NCBI GenBank assembly: GCA_035480855.1 | Contig: DATIHJ010000013.1 | Location: 45,659-109,658, forward strand | Length of the DNA: 64,000 nt | DNA from: Patescibacteria group bacterium | GTDB lineage: Bacteria > Patescibacteriota > Saccharimonadia > Saccharimonadales > JANWIN01 | Direction of reading: 5' to 3' | Shown: positions 37,970-47,275 of the stretch, one piece after another | Layout of the letters: each line of letters opens with the position of its first letter | How positions within the stretch are numbered: position 1 is the first letter of the stretch | The notes under the pieces: generated by a model | Told to the model about the DNA's origin: nothing | Seen by the model: only the letters and a program-made list of their open reading frames with translations | The model's database searches: none | Position numbers and translations under genes: made by a program

Positions 37970-39636
37970 TGGCTGTGTAGCCAGGCTAGGTGCTTTTCGC
38001 GGAAGCGTTTGAACTCACTCTTCTTGAGTCCACTACGGCGGATAAGTGCACTAATCTTTTCGCTGCCAATATAGTGAGGCATCATGACATAGCTAGCACC
38101 AAGTTCGTAGAGCTCATCGGCCTGTTCGACAGTCTCAGCGTGGCAAATGATAACCGCCGATGAATGTATATCCGCCAGGTGTTTGACTAGAAATAGAGTA
38201 ATGTCGTAGTCGGTGATGGCCGATACCACTAGCTTGGTTTTCTGCAGGCCAATTTCCTCAAGTAACTCCGCATCACTAACATCGCCATAAAGGAAATTTG
38301 CCTTTTGTTGCTCCAACATATCAATGACTTCTGGGTCATAATCTACCACCACATAGCTTCGCTCTAGGCTTTCAAAAAGCTTTAGGAACTCCTGGCCACC
38401 TTTGCGGTAGCCAAATAACACCATAGCGTAGCTATGACGGCGTTCATGTTCTTGGTCGCGGCCCTTACGCTCAAAAACACTCAAATCCTCCTTAAGACCC
38501 TCAAATAGTTTGTCTGCGTAAATAATTAGATAGGCAGAGCAGGCAATAGTTACGAGGGCAATTATAGTAATGATGGACACTACATCATTTGATATCAGGT
38601 GCAGCTTGCTGCCCAAAATAACAAATACTAATGAAAACTCACTAATCTGGGCAGTAGATACTGCTGTTTTAAAACTGGTGCGCTTGGTATAACCGAGCAG
38701 CCCCATAAAACCCATTACTACTAGGGGCTTTAGAACAATAACGGCAAACGTGCCAAAAATAATGGCTGGCAGAATAAGCGCAAAATGGTCAAAGCTTAGC
38801 CGAGTTCCAAGCGTAATAAAGAACACAATAATAAAGAAATCACGTAGAGGCCGCAGCCGTGAGGCTATTTCCTGGGCATATGGCAGGGAAGCCAGGGCTA
38901 TCCCAGCCAACAGGGCACCCACCTCCAGTGAAAATCCAGCTTGGTCAAATAGTGCAGCTGCCCCAAAGCCCCAGCCAATTGCAAACAAAAACAAAAACTC
39001 CTGGCTACCGGCAATAAACTTATGCAAGCGTGGCAACACAAAATTGCCAATTAGAAGCAGCGGTACGGCTATAAAGCTACCCTTTAGCACTAGCCAGCCT
39101 ACTTGATGCACACCAATGCCACCGTGGCTTTTAGCGGTAATAAATAACAGCGCTACGGCCGCGATTATATCCTGGACCAGCAAGATTCCAGTAGTGACCT
39201 TGCCGTACAGTCGGGTTTGCTCCTTTTTGTCACTGAGTAACTTCAAGATAATAATGGTGCTGCTAAAAGCTAGCGCAACTCCAAAAAACAGAGCTTCAGT
39301 TCTAGTCATGCCAAGTACCAACCCGCCGCCGTAGCCCACCATAGTAATAAAGGCTACTTGTACAACTCCTGTAATAGAGGCAACTTTGCCAACCTCCTTT
39401 ACGACTCTTGGGTTTAGGCCAAGCCCAATAATAAACAGAAGTAGGGCAATGCCGATGCTAGAAAAGACATTAATAGTATCAGCAGATTGCACCAAATGAA
39501 GCACTGATGGCCCGACAATAACACCAGTTAGAATATGGCCAATAATTAAGGGTTGACGGATAAGCCGCATCAACAGTGCCACACCGGCAGCAATGGCTAT
39601 AATTAGGCTAAGCTCGGCAAAAACAGTCTCGTGCAT
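37933..39636 (-). CDS. Monovalent cation:proton antiporter (CPA2/Kef-type) with C-terminal RCK/TrkA-N domain
   Basis: About 370 aa of TM helices with a Na_H_exchanger-like pattern, then a soluble YAMVLFGYRKGGQEF...VVDYDPEVI...GDVSD Rossmann-type RCK domain. Confidence 0.85.
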   Translation of the reverse strand: MHETVFAELSLIIAIAAGVALLMRLIRQPLIIGHILTGVIVGPSVLHLVQSADTINVFSSIGIALLLFIIGLGLNPRVVKEVGKVASITGVVQVAFITMVGYGGGLVLGMTRTEALFFGVALAFSSTIIILKLLSDKKEQTRLYGKVTTGILLVQDIIAAVALLFITAKSHGGIGVHQVGWLVLKGSFIAVPLLLIGNFVLPRLHKFIAGSQEFLFLFAIGWGFGAAALFDQAGFSLEVGALLAGIALASLPYAQEIASRLRPLRDFFIIVFFITLGTRLSFDHFALILPAIIFGTFAVIVLKPLVVMGFMGLLGYTKRTSFKTAVSTAQISEFSLVFVILGSKLHLISNDVVSIITIIALVTIACSAYLIIYADKLFEGLKEDLSVFERKGRDQEHERRHSYAMVLFGYRKGGQEFLKLFESLERSYVVVDYDPEVIDMLEQQKANFLYGDVSDAELLEEIGLQKTKLVVSAITDYDITLFLVKHLADIHSSAVIICHAETVEQADELYELGASYVMMPHYIGSEKISALIRRSGLKKSEFKRFREKHLAWLHSHYETETDEEGDE

Positions 39637-39710
39637 TGGGTACTTTGAATCCTCTTGTGCTTAATTGTATACCAAAATGCTCGACTGGCTTCATAACAGA
39701 CATAAAAATG

Positions 39711-39739
39711 TTGACATTACGCTCACGCTTATGTAATAT
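39711..39739 (+). promoter_or_regulatory. Near-consensus sigma70-type promoter with no annotated gene downstream
   Basis: TTGACA (39711-16), a 17-nt spacer, then TAATAT (39734-39). It points into the 350-bp gap between the antiporter and dsbA-like genes. Confidence 0.45.
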
Positions 39740-39962
39740 AAGGGGACTTCATGCAGTAAGCGAGATACTGCCAAAGAAGACAAAAACAATTCAACAAAAA
39801 ACACTACCGTGTGAGGGTAGATGTGAAAGGGTTAGGGAGGTATAGGCTATGCCTATCAAAATAAAAATAATATCAAGAGGTTATAAAGTGGAAGTCAAAA
39901 TACGCCGACCGCGCTGGCAGCAATTTATAAGTTATTAGCTTGCTGAACACTGTGTTTTAAAT

Positions 39963-39998
39963 AATAGGGCTGCAACTTATGCGCCCTATTTATTTTTG
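39963..39998 (+). terminator. Hairpin plus T-run (possible terminator of the orphan transcript; overlaps the dsbA-like stop)
   Basis: AATAGGGC, a 12-nt loop and GCCCTATT, followed by TATTTTT. Confidence 0.4.
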
Positions 39999-40657
39999 GC
40001 TGCAATCTCTGCATTGATAACTTGGGCAAATTTGGCAGCACTGGGCTGACCATTTGCATCATATAGATTGGTAAGTGGCACAAATTTACCATCTATGAAA
40101 AAGCTAGGAGTGGCTTCTTGTTGACCTGTCTTTTTAAATGCCGCTAGATCTGCCTGAATGGTGTCGTTTACAGCCGAACTGCTATAGTCCTGCGTGAACT
40201 TGTTAGTATCCAGCCCCAATTGCTGGGCGAAGCTTGTGAAAAATGTCAGAGGAGTGCTGCTGACAACCCAGCCAGTACTTTCGCTCTGGTTTTCATATAA
40301 CATATCATGCATTTCCCAGAATTTACCTTGCAGACTAGCGGCTTCGGCTGCGCGGGCACCTGCTATGGCATTATTGTGAATCTGGAAAAGCGGCAAATTA
40401 CTAAACTGGAAGAAAATGTCGTTGTTATACTGGGCTGCAACCTGCTTGACGACTGGGTAGAAAGCGCCACAGAATGGACATTGGTAATCGCCGTATTCCT
40501 GCAAGGTTACGTTTTTGGCACCTTTGCCTTGTATATGTTTACTTGTCTGGCCATTTGAGTTAGTACCTGATGTAGTATTTTTTGGTTTGGTAAAAGTAAA
40601 AAGCGCTATAAGTCCCACCACAATAACGGCTACTATTAACAGAAATTGCTTGCTCAT
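39986..40657 (-). CDS. DsbA-family thiol:disulfide oxidoreductase, membrane-anchored
   Basis: N-terminal TM (LLIVAVIVVGLIALFTF) and the thioredoxin active site YGDYQCPFCGAF. Confidence 0.8.
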   Translation of the reverse strand: MSKQFLLIVAVIVVGLIALFTFTKPKNTTSGTNSNGQTSKHIQGKGAKNVTLQEYGDYQCPFCGAFYPVVKQVAAQYNNDIFFQFSNLPLFQIHNNAIAGARAAEAASLQGKFWEMHDMLYENQSESTGWVVSSTPLTFFTSFAQQLGLDTNKFTQDYSSSAVNDTIQADLAAFKKTGQQEATPSFFIDGKFVPLTNLYDANGQPSAAKFAQVINAEIAAKNK

Positions 40658-40750
40658 AAAACTACCTCTTTCTTGGTGTAATTCCTATAGTAATGGAATT
40701 AGGCTAAAAAATCACTTAGAATTATGAAGTAAACATAAGGTGAATGCCCC

Positions 40751-41791
40751 ATGCTGAAGTTCCTTGCCATTATTGTCTTAGCTGTTATAACGCTACTGGC
40801 TATAGCTTTGCAAAAGGCCTATACAAATATTCCTCGCACCGAGTTAAAACGTCGCGCCCAGCGCGGTGACCAGTTTGCTGACTTACTTTATCGTGCCGCC
40901 AGTTATGGCCTGAGCCTACAAATATTTATGTGGGCGATTATTGGTCTGTCGGCTGCAGGCTTTTTTGTAATGCTTACGCTAAGCGTGCCAGGATGGCTTG
41001 CACTACTAGGGTCTTTGGCGCTATTGTGGTTTGGCTTTGCCTGGCTGCCTAATACACGCGTAAGTAAGCTTAGCAATCTGGCAGCCCGATTTCTGACACC
41101 ACCAATTGCCTGGCTCCTGGATCATCTTTATCCGCTCCTAAACCGTATAGCGCACCTTTTGCGTAAACACACCCACATAAAAGTTCATAGCGGTCTATAC
41201 GAAAAAGAAGACTTGTTAGCCCTACTTGATCGCCAAACTTCTCAGGCAGGCAACCGACTTAGTGCGGAAGAGCTACGGATTGCGGCTGGGGCACTCACTT
41301 TTGGCGACAAACTAGTGCGCGATGTCATGACACCCAGACGCATCGTTAAGTCCGTTGCTACAACTGATGCTATGGGCCCGCACCTTATGGATGAGCTTCA
41401 TGCCAGCGGTCATTCTCGCTGGCCTGTTTACCAGGACAAACCAGATAATATTGTCGGTATGCTTTATGCACGCGATTTAATGTCTGCCGGCAATGGCGGG
41501 CAGGTCCGCGACCTCATGAAAAAACACGTTTATTACGTGCACGAAGAGCAGAGTCTAAGCCAGGTTCTAGGCGCGTTCCTCAAGACCAAGCACCACTTGT
41601 TTATTGTGGTCAACGCCTTTGAAGAGATTGTGGGTATCATAACTATCGAGGACATTTTAGAGCAAATATTAGGTAAACCAATTGTCGACGAGTTTGATAA
41701 ATACGATGACATGCGGGCAGTTGCCGCACTGGGCGCCAAAGCCGAGCACAAAAACCAAGTTCCAGAAGAGACTTCTGCAGATAAGCCATAG
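40751..41791 (+). CDS. CNNM/CorC-type transporter (DUF21 membrane domain plus CBS pair)
   Basis: Three or four N-terminal TM helices, then VRDVMTPRRIV...SRWPVY......VGMLYARDL...EIVGIITIEDILEQILG (CBS pair). Confidence 0.8.
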   Translation: MLKFLAIIVLAVITLLAIALQKAYTNIPRTELKRRAQRGDQFADLLYRAASYGLSLQIFMWAIIGLSAAGFFVMLTLSVPGWLALLGSLALLWFGFAWLPNTRVSKLSNLAARFLTPPIAWLLDHLYPLLNRIAHLLRKHTHIKVHSGLYEKEDLLALLDRQTSQAGNRLSAEELRIAAGALTFGDKLVRDVMTPRRIVKSVATTDAMGPHLMDELHASGHSRWPVYQDKPDNIVGMLYARDLMSAGNGGQVRDLMKKHVYYVHEEQSLSQVLGAFLKTKHHLFIVVNAFEEIVGIITIEDILEQILGKPIVDEFDKYDDMRAVAALGAKAEHKNQVPEETSADKP

Positions 41792-41807
41792 GTGTTAGAA
41801 TAGTCAA

Positions 41808-43121
41808 ATGACCCGAGTTTTAGCAGCCGATGTTGCCAAGCATGCCGGCAAAACTGTAGACGTGCAGGGCTGGCTGCACAAAAAGCGCCTCATGGGCGGC
41901 CTTACTTTTATTGTAGTCCGCGACCGTAGTGGTCTAATTCAAGTTGTAATCAAAGACGAAAAAGAAGTAGAAAAACTGCGTGGCCTTCAGATTGGCACAG
42001 TTCTATCTGTTAGTGGAACTGCTAAAACCGAGTCCCGAGCATCAGGTGGCGCAGAGATCCATGATCCAAATATAGAGGTACTAGTGCCTGTTGCAGACGA
42101 ACCACCAATTGAAATAGATAAGCCACTTGATCATAAATCCGAAAACCTCGATACACTTTTTGAGTATCGTCCAATCGGGCTGCGTAATATACAAGAAACA
42201 GCTATTTTCAAAGTGCGTGCTGGCATTGCCAAAGCTCTCCGTGAGTTTTTTGATCAAAATGAATTTACTGAAGTGCACACACCTAAATTGCTGGCCGCAG
42301 CAACAGAGGGCGGAGCAGAAGTTTTTAAGATTGATTACTTTGGCCAAGAGGCTACTCTGGCCCAAAGCCCGCAGTTCTATAAGCAGATGCTAGTTGGAGT
42401 TTTTGAGCGTGTGTATGAAATAGCACCAGTTTATCGGGCAGAACCCAGTGCAACCACGCGGCATATGACTGAATATACATCTGTAGACGGCGAAATGGGA
42501 TTTGTTACTATCACTGATCTTGAAGAGCTATTAAGTGGTCTACTAAATTTTGTAAGTGATTTTGTATGGAAACATTACAAAACTGAACTTACTCTACTCA
42601 AAGCCACCAAGCCTGAACTGCCTGAAAAAATTCCTACAATGTCCATGACAGAAATACATGAGAAATACAGCAAAGCGAACTCAGAAAATACCGTTGGAGA
42701 AAAAGATTTACGCCCTGATGAAGAACGATGGATTTGTGAGTACGCAATAGAACACCTAAAAAGTGAAGCCATCTTTGTTAGTGATTGGCCTGCGGATGAC
42801 ATGAAGTTTTACCATAAAGCCCAAGTCGACAAACCTGAGCTTGCTGATAGAATTGATCTGTTATTTCGTGGACTTGAGGTTGTAACTGGTTCTATGCGTG
42901 AGAATAACTACGACAAGCTAGTTAAACAGCTCAAGGAAAAAGCCAAGGGCAATCCTAATGATCCTGGTTTCAAGTACTTCCTTATGTCTATGAAGGCTGG
43001 AATGCCTCCACATGGTGGTTTTGGAATGGGCCTAGACCGTTTGGTAGAAAAATTCATCGGTCTAAAAAACGTAAAAGAAGCCACACTCTTCCCAAGAGAC
43101 ATAAATCGATTAGCCCCATAG
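41808..43121 (+). CDS. aspS: Class IIb aminoacyl-tRNA synthetase, type-2 (archaeal/eukaryal-like) aspartate--tRNA ligase (AsnRS not excluded)
   Basis: N-terminal OB fold (VDVQGWLHKKRLMGGLTFIVVRDRSG), motif 2 YRAEPSATTRHMTEYTSVDGEM and motif 3 GGFGMGLDRLV. The 437-aa size fits type-2 AspRS. Confidence 0.65.
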   Translation: MTRVLAADVAKHAGKTVDVQGWLHKKRLMGGLTFIVVRDRSGLIQVVIKDEKEVEKLRGLQIGTVLSVSGTAKTESRASGGAEIHDPNIEVLVPVADEPPIEIDKPLDHKSENLDTLFEYRPIGLRNIQETAIFKVRAGIAKALREFFDQNEFTEVHTPKLLAAATEGGAEVFKIDYFGQEATLAQSPQFYKQMLVGVFERVYEIAPVYRAEPSATTRHMTEYTSVDGEMGFVTITDLEELLSGLLNFVSDFVWKHYKTELTLLKATKPELPEKIPTMSMTEIHEKYSKANSENTVGEKDLRPDEERWICEYAIEHLKSEAIFVSDWPADDMKFYHKAQVDKPELADRIDLLFRGLEVVTGSMRENNYDKLVKQLKEKAKGNPNDPGFKYFLMSMKAGMPPHGGFGMGLDRLVEKFIGLKNVKEATLFPRDINRLAP

Positions 43122-43129
43122 GAGAAAAT

Positions 43130-44113
43130 ATGAAAGTTAAAGTAATAGATTTACAAGAAAAAGTTCTAAAAGGTGTCACAAAGCTTGGTTATAAAAACGA
43201 AGACGCTCGGATTATTTCAGATGTGCTGATTTATGCACAAATGCGCGGCAATAACCAAGGGATTACAAAAATAGCCACCGGCGGAGTACCTAAGGCCAGC
43301 GATGTACAGGAACTTAAATTGGTTAAAGAAAACAAGTGTGGCGCTCTCATTTCGGGCGGTCATTCTATGGTTGCAGCTGCTAAGGCAGCAGAAATGGCAG
43401 TCGAACTAGCAGAAAAACATGGGGTTGGAGTAGTTTGCTCAAATCGTACCTTCACTTCATCCGGAGCAATTGGATATTTTTCAAGACAGATATCCAAGAA
43501 GGGTTACATTGGATTTGTATGTGTAGGTAATGGCTCGTTTTCTTTTGTAGCGCCTAGTGGATCTGCAGAGCCTAAACTAGGTACTAATCCGTTTTCCTAT
43601 GCTTTCCCATATACTGGTGGCGAAGTAGTCTTTGATAATGCAACAGCTGCTATGGCTTTCTTTGGAATAGTTGAAGCTAAGATAAAGGGTGAGCCAATCC
43701 CTAAAGGAATTGGCTTCGATAAGGATGGTAAACCTAGTACGAATGCAGCCGAAGTATTAAACGGTTCTATAGCAACTTTCGCAGGCCACAAAGGTTTTGG
43801 TCTTTCTCTATTTGTGCAGCTACTTGGTAGCGCTTTTTCGCTGGCAGGTATTCCTGGCGTACATGAAGATGATGGTTCTGGAACATTTGTACTGGCCATT
43901 GATCCTGGGCTGCTTGCAGGTAAGGAAGAATTTATGAAGCGTAGCACAGAACTTATACAGCACATTAAGTCCGCCAAACCACTTTCCGGTCAGAAAGTAG
44001 TATTGCCAGGTGAGCAAGGTGATGCCGTGGCCAAACAAGCTGAAGATAGCGGGGAAATTGAAATTGCAGATGCCATCTGGAACGAGCTCTGCCAGTTCGT
44101 GGATAAATACTGA
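43130..44113 (+). CDS. Ldh_2 family (malate/L-lactate/sulfolactate-type) dehydrogenase
   Basis: RGNNQGITKI..., GTNPFSYAFP and FAGHKGFGLSLFVQLLG match the Ldh_2 family pattern. Confidence 0.75.
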   Translation: MKVKVIDLQEKVLKGVTKLGYKNEDARIISDVLIYAQMRGNNQGITKIATGGVPKASDVQELKLVKENKCGALISGGHSMVAAAKAAEMAVELAEKHGVGVVCSNRTFTSSGAIGYFSRQISKKGYIGFVCVGNGSFSFVAPSGSAEPKLGTNPFSYAFPYTGGEVVFDNATAAMAFFGIVEAKIKGEPIPKGIGFDKDGKPSTNAAEVLNGSIATFAGHKGFGLSLFVQLLGSAFSLAGIPGVHEDDGSGTFVLAIDPGLLAGKEEFMKRSTELIQHIKSAKPLSGQKVVLPGEQGDAVAKQAEDSGEIEIADAIWNELCQFVDKY

Positions 44114-44129
44114 TTCCTGCTAGATCCAG

Positions 44130-44138
44130 TGGTATAAT
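44130..44138 (+). promoter_or_regulatory. Consensus extended -10 box TGGTATAAT, 6 nt upstream of the helicase ATG (leaderless-type)
   Basis: TGGTATAAT-CGCGAG-ATG, with no SD. Confidence 0.5.
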
Positions 44139-44144
44139 CGCGAG

Positions 44145-45668
44145 ATGAAACAGGCTCAGGCGCTTTCGGTGATGCTTGGTGGGGCATCAACCTTTCTTAC
44201 AGGCCCTCCAGGCTCTGGCAAAACCTATGTGCTCAACCGCTACGTTCGACAGTCAACTCGGGCTGGCAAAGTGGTGGCTGTTACTGCTAGTACAGGTATT
44301 GCCGCCACTCATATTGGTGGCACTACCGTTCACTCATGGTCTGGCCTAGGTATTCGCGACCAACTGCAGCCGCGTGATCGCCAACAGTTGGCTGGCAATG
44401 CCCGTCTCGTTAAACGCTACAACGCCACAGACGTGCTAGTAATAGACGAAGTCTCAATGCTGCACGGACAACGTCTAGATATGATCAATGAAGTTTGCAA
44501 ACTTCTGCGCAAAAGCGATGCTCCGTTTGGCGGACTGCAAGTTATATTAGTGGGTGATCTGTTCCAGCTGCCACCAGTTTCAAGGGGCACTGATGTACTA
44601 GATTTTGTACATTTATCTGCCGCCTGGGCTGAACTGAACCCACAAATTTGCTATTTGTCTGAGCAACACCGACTGCAGGAGGACGGCCTGCTTGACGCGC
44701 TAGAGGCCATGCGCCGCGGTGATCTAAACGAATCACATGAAGATTTGCTACGCCAACGTCTACACTCCAAACCTGGCTTTGGCGAGGAGGTTACCCGTTT
44801 GTATGCTCACAACATTGACATTGATGCCCTCAATCAACAGCGTCTAGATTCTCTAAAAAATAGACCGCACATATTCCAGATGCAGACAAAAGGTCGTGCC
44901 GCTAAGCTAGAACAGCTGCGCCGCGGTGTGCTTGCACCAGATGTTTTGGAACTTAAAAAGGGTGCAGAGGTCATGTTTGTCGCCAACAACCCCACGGCAG
45001 GTTTTGTGAATGGTAGCCGCGGACAAGTAGTGAAGTTTCAAGATGGCCTACCAGTGGTAAAACTGGCAGGCAATGGTCGCCAGATAAAGGTACTGGCTCA
45101 CAGCTGGAAGCTAGAGGAAGACGATCGTGTCATGGCGGAAGTCAGTCAAATACCCTTGCGTCTAGCCTGGGCCATTACTATCCATAAAAGCCAAGGTATG
45201 AGCCTAGATGGTGCAGAAATTGACCTCAGCAAATCCTTTACTCCTGGTATGGGTTATGTTGCTCTGTCTCGTGTACGCAGTGCCAAGGGCTTATACCTAA
45301 GTGGTATCAACTCAATGGCCCTAAGAATGCATCCGCAAATCTATGAGCTAGATAGGGAACTGCGTCGGCTCTCCGCTACTTTAGCTGCCACTACAGCCGA
45401 TTACGTTGCCCCAAATAAAGAAGATAAACCAACAGCTCACGTCGTGGATAAGGATCTACTAAAACGTCTCAAACAGTGGCGTATGCAGCGTGCTATTAAG
45501 GGTAAAGTCCCAGCCTATATAGTTGCTCACGACAGTGTACTTGAGACCATTGCCACCAGGCTACCGCAGACCCCTGGGGCACTTCTGGGAATAAAAGGCT
45601 TTGGACCCAGCAAACTAGACGCTTACGGCGACGAAATCCTAGCCATTACTAAAGAGACACACAAATAA
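44145..45668 (+). CDS. Pif1/RecD-like SF1 DNA helicase with C-terminal HRDC domain
   Basis: Walker A GPPGSGKT, VLVIDEVSML and LVGDLFQLPPV, and late AITIHKSQGMSLD. The C-terminal LKQWRMQRAIKGKVPAYIVAHDSVLETIA...GIKGFGPSKLDAYGDEIL is HRDC-like. Confidence 0.8.
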   Translation: MKQAQALSVMLGGASTFLTGPPGSGKTYVLNRYVRQSTRAGKVVAVTASTGIAATHIGGTTVHSWSGLGIRDQLQPRDRQQLAGNARLVKRYNATDVLVIDEVSMLHGQRLDMINEVCKLLRKSDAPFGGLQVILVGDLFQLPPVSRGTDVLDFVHLSAAWAELNPQICYLSEQHRLQEDGLLDALEAMRRGDLNESHEDLLRQRLHSKPGFGEEVTRLYAHNIDIDALNQQRLDSLKNRPHIFQMQTKGRAAKLEQLRRGVLAPDVLELKKGAEVMFVANNPTAGFVNGSRGQVVKFQDGLPVVKLAGNGRQIKVLAHSWKLEEDDRVMAEVSQIPLRLAWAITIHKSQGMSLDGAEIDLSKSFTPGMGYVALSRVRSAKGLYLSGINSMALRMHPQIYELDRELRRLSATLAATTADYVAPNKEDKPTAHVVDKDLLKRLKQWRMQRAIKGKVPAYIVAHDSVLETIATRLPQTPGALLGIKGFGPSKLDAYGDEILAITKETHK

Positions 45669-45750
45669 AAAACACCTTATTGCTCGATTCACAATAATTT
45701 GTTCTAATAGAATAATATCTTTAAGTTTTTATATAGTTTAGGAAGTAAAG

Positions 45751-46167
45751 ATGTCTAGGCAAGAAGTTGATTGGACAGCGTTAGAAGGTGGAACTACAGG
45801 ACATGATCCGTTTGAGGTTTATGTACCTCAAATTGAAGGTACAATCACCAGACTTGAAGTGAGCATCTCAGCGATAGAAAGACAGTTAGAAGCAACTCAA
45901 TCAAGGCTTTTTTCTTTCTCCTCAAAATCTAATGCTGAGGATAGTTTTGTTAGACACATGGCGATGCTTGGTATTTTGGATAAACATGGTTTATTGGACG
46001 CTTACTATGAGCCGGTACCTGGTGTTACAACAATCGACGAATCAGAAACTACCTGGTCCATGCGTCTACAACATCCCGGGAAGCCTTCATATTTTTTCAT
46101 AACTTACTCAAGATATAAAAAGGATGGACCAGGTGTTCAATCGTTATACTACGGAAGAACCAATTGA
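45751..46167 (+). CDS. Hypothetical protein
   Basis: 138 aa with an AGGAAG SD upstream. No recognisable motif. By eye it lies in an AT-richer patch. Confidence 0.45.
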   Translation: MSRQEVDWTALEGGTTGHDPFEVYVPQIEGTITRLEVSISAIERQLEATQSRLFSFSSKSNAEDSFVRHMAMLGILDKHGLLDAYYEPVPGVTTIDESETTWSMRLQHPGKPSYFFITYSRYKKDGPGVQSLYYGRTN

Positions 46168-46279
46168 CTGCCCCAGATCTATATACACTTAACGTGCTAA
46201 GCATACAAGCACTATAGATATAATAAAAATTCCATTATGATACTTTACATGTTAAGTTAAGTGCGCTAAAGTAGAATTA

Positions 46280-47275
46280 ATGAACACCGAATTTGCCTTT
46301 GAAGTTAAAGATTTAGCCAAATATTTTGGTGATGTCAAAGCCCTAGATGGTGTGACGCTCAAGGCTGAGCAAGGCAAAGTCTTTGGCCTATTGGGTCCTA
46401 ACGGCGCTGGCAAAACAACTATCGTAAATATGTTGGCTACCCTATCTGAACCTACCAAGGGCAGTCTAAAGGTTTTGGGCGTAGACGTTATGGAGCATCC
46501 AGATAGAGTCCGTAAGCTTATTGGGCTTGCTGGCCAATTTGCTGCCGTGGACGAGTACCTAACTGGCGAGGAAAATCTCTACATGGTGGGGCGCCTTTAT
46601 CACCTCAGTGCCAAAGAGTCCAAAAGACGCACTAAAGAGATTTTAGAGCAACTTAAACTCACAGAAGCTGCTGGTCGTCTGGCAAAAACTTACTCTGGTG
46701 GCATGCGCCGTCGTTTAGACCTGGGCGCTAGCCTAGTGGGACACCCCAAGATTTTATTCCTAGATGAGCCCACTACAGGGCTTGACCCGCGTACCCGACT
46801 TGATCTTTGGGAAACCATCCGCCAACTAGTACGCGAGGGCACTAGTATACTTCTAACCACTCAGTACCTAGAGGAAGCAGATGAACTAGCAGACAAAATT
46901 GCCGTAATTGACCGTGGCAAGCTTATAGCCGAAGGCACCAGCAGCCAACTCAAGGCAAGAATGGGTGGCGATGTGATCGAGTTTGAACTGGAGAACGCCA
47001 AACAAAAGGACAAAGCTTTGCAGGCAGTGTCAAGTGTCAGCAAAAAGGCACCAACCTATGATGAAGCTACCAATACAGTAACCGTACCCGTCGGCAGCGA
47101 TGGCTCTCGCAAATTGGCCGAAGTTGTACGTAAGCTTGACCAAGCAAGTGTGGCGCCACACACCTTGTCACTCCACCAACCATCATTAGACGATGTATTC
47201 CTAACTCTAACCGGTAATAAAGCCTCAGAGCTAGAAGAGGAAAAGCCCAAACCAAAGAAGCGAGGGCGAAGCTAA
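46280..47275 (+). CDS. ABC transporter ATP-binding protein (DrrA/ABC-2 exporter type)
   Basis: GPNGAGKTT, YSGGMRRRLDL and LFLDEPTTGLD, with a C-terminal extension typical of DrrA-like ATPases. Confidence 0.9.
   Translation: MNTEFAFEVKDLAKYFGDVKALDGVTLKAEQGKVFGLLGPNGAGKTTIVNMLATLSEPTKGSLKVLGVDVMEHPDRVRKLIGLAGQFAAVDEYLTGEENLYMVGRLYHLSAKESKRRTKEILEQLKLTEAAGRLAKTYSGGMRRRLDLGASLVGHPKILFLDEPTTGLDPRTRLDLWETIRQLVREGTSILLTTQYLEEADELADKIAVIDRGKLIAEGTSSQLKARMGGDVIEFELENAKQKDKALQAVSSVSKKAPTYDEATNTVTVPVGSDGSRKLAEVVRKLDQASVAPHTLSLHQPSLDDVFLTLTGNKASELEEEKPKPKKRGRS

Noticed and set aside
43130-44113. Long antisense ORFs (43597..43977, 43820..44038, 43990..44190) opposite the Ldh_2 gene, considered as possible overlapping genes.
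   Set aside because: The sense frame carries the Ldh_2 family motifs end to end. The antisense products are Pro/Ser/Cys-rich with no signals.
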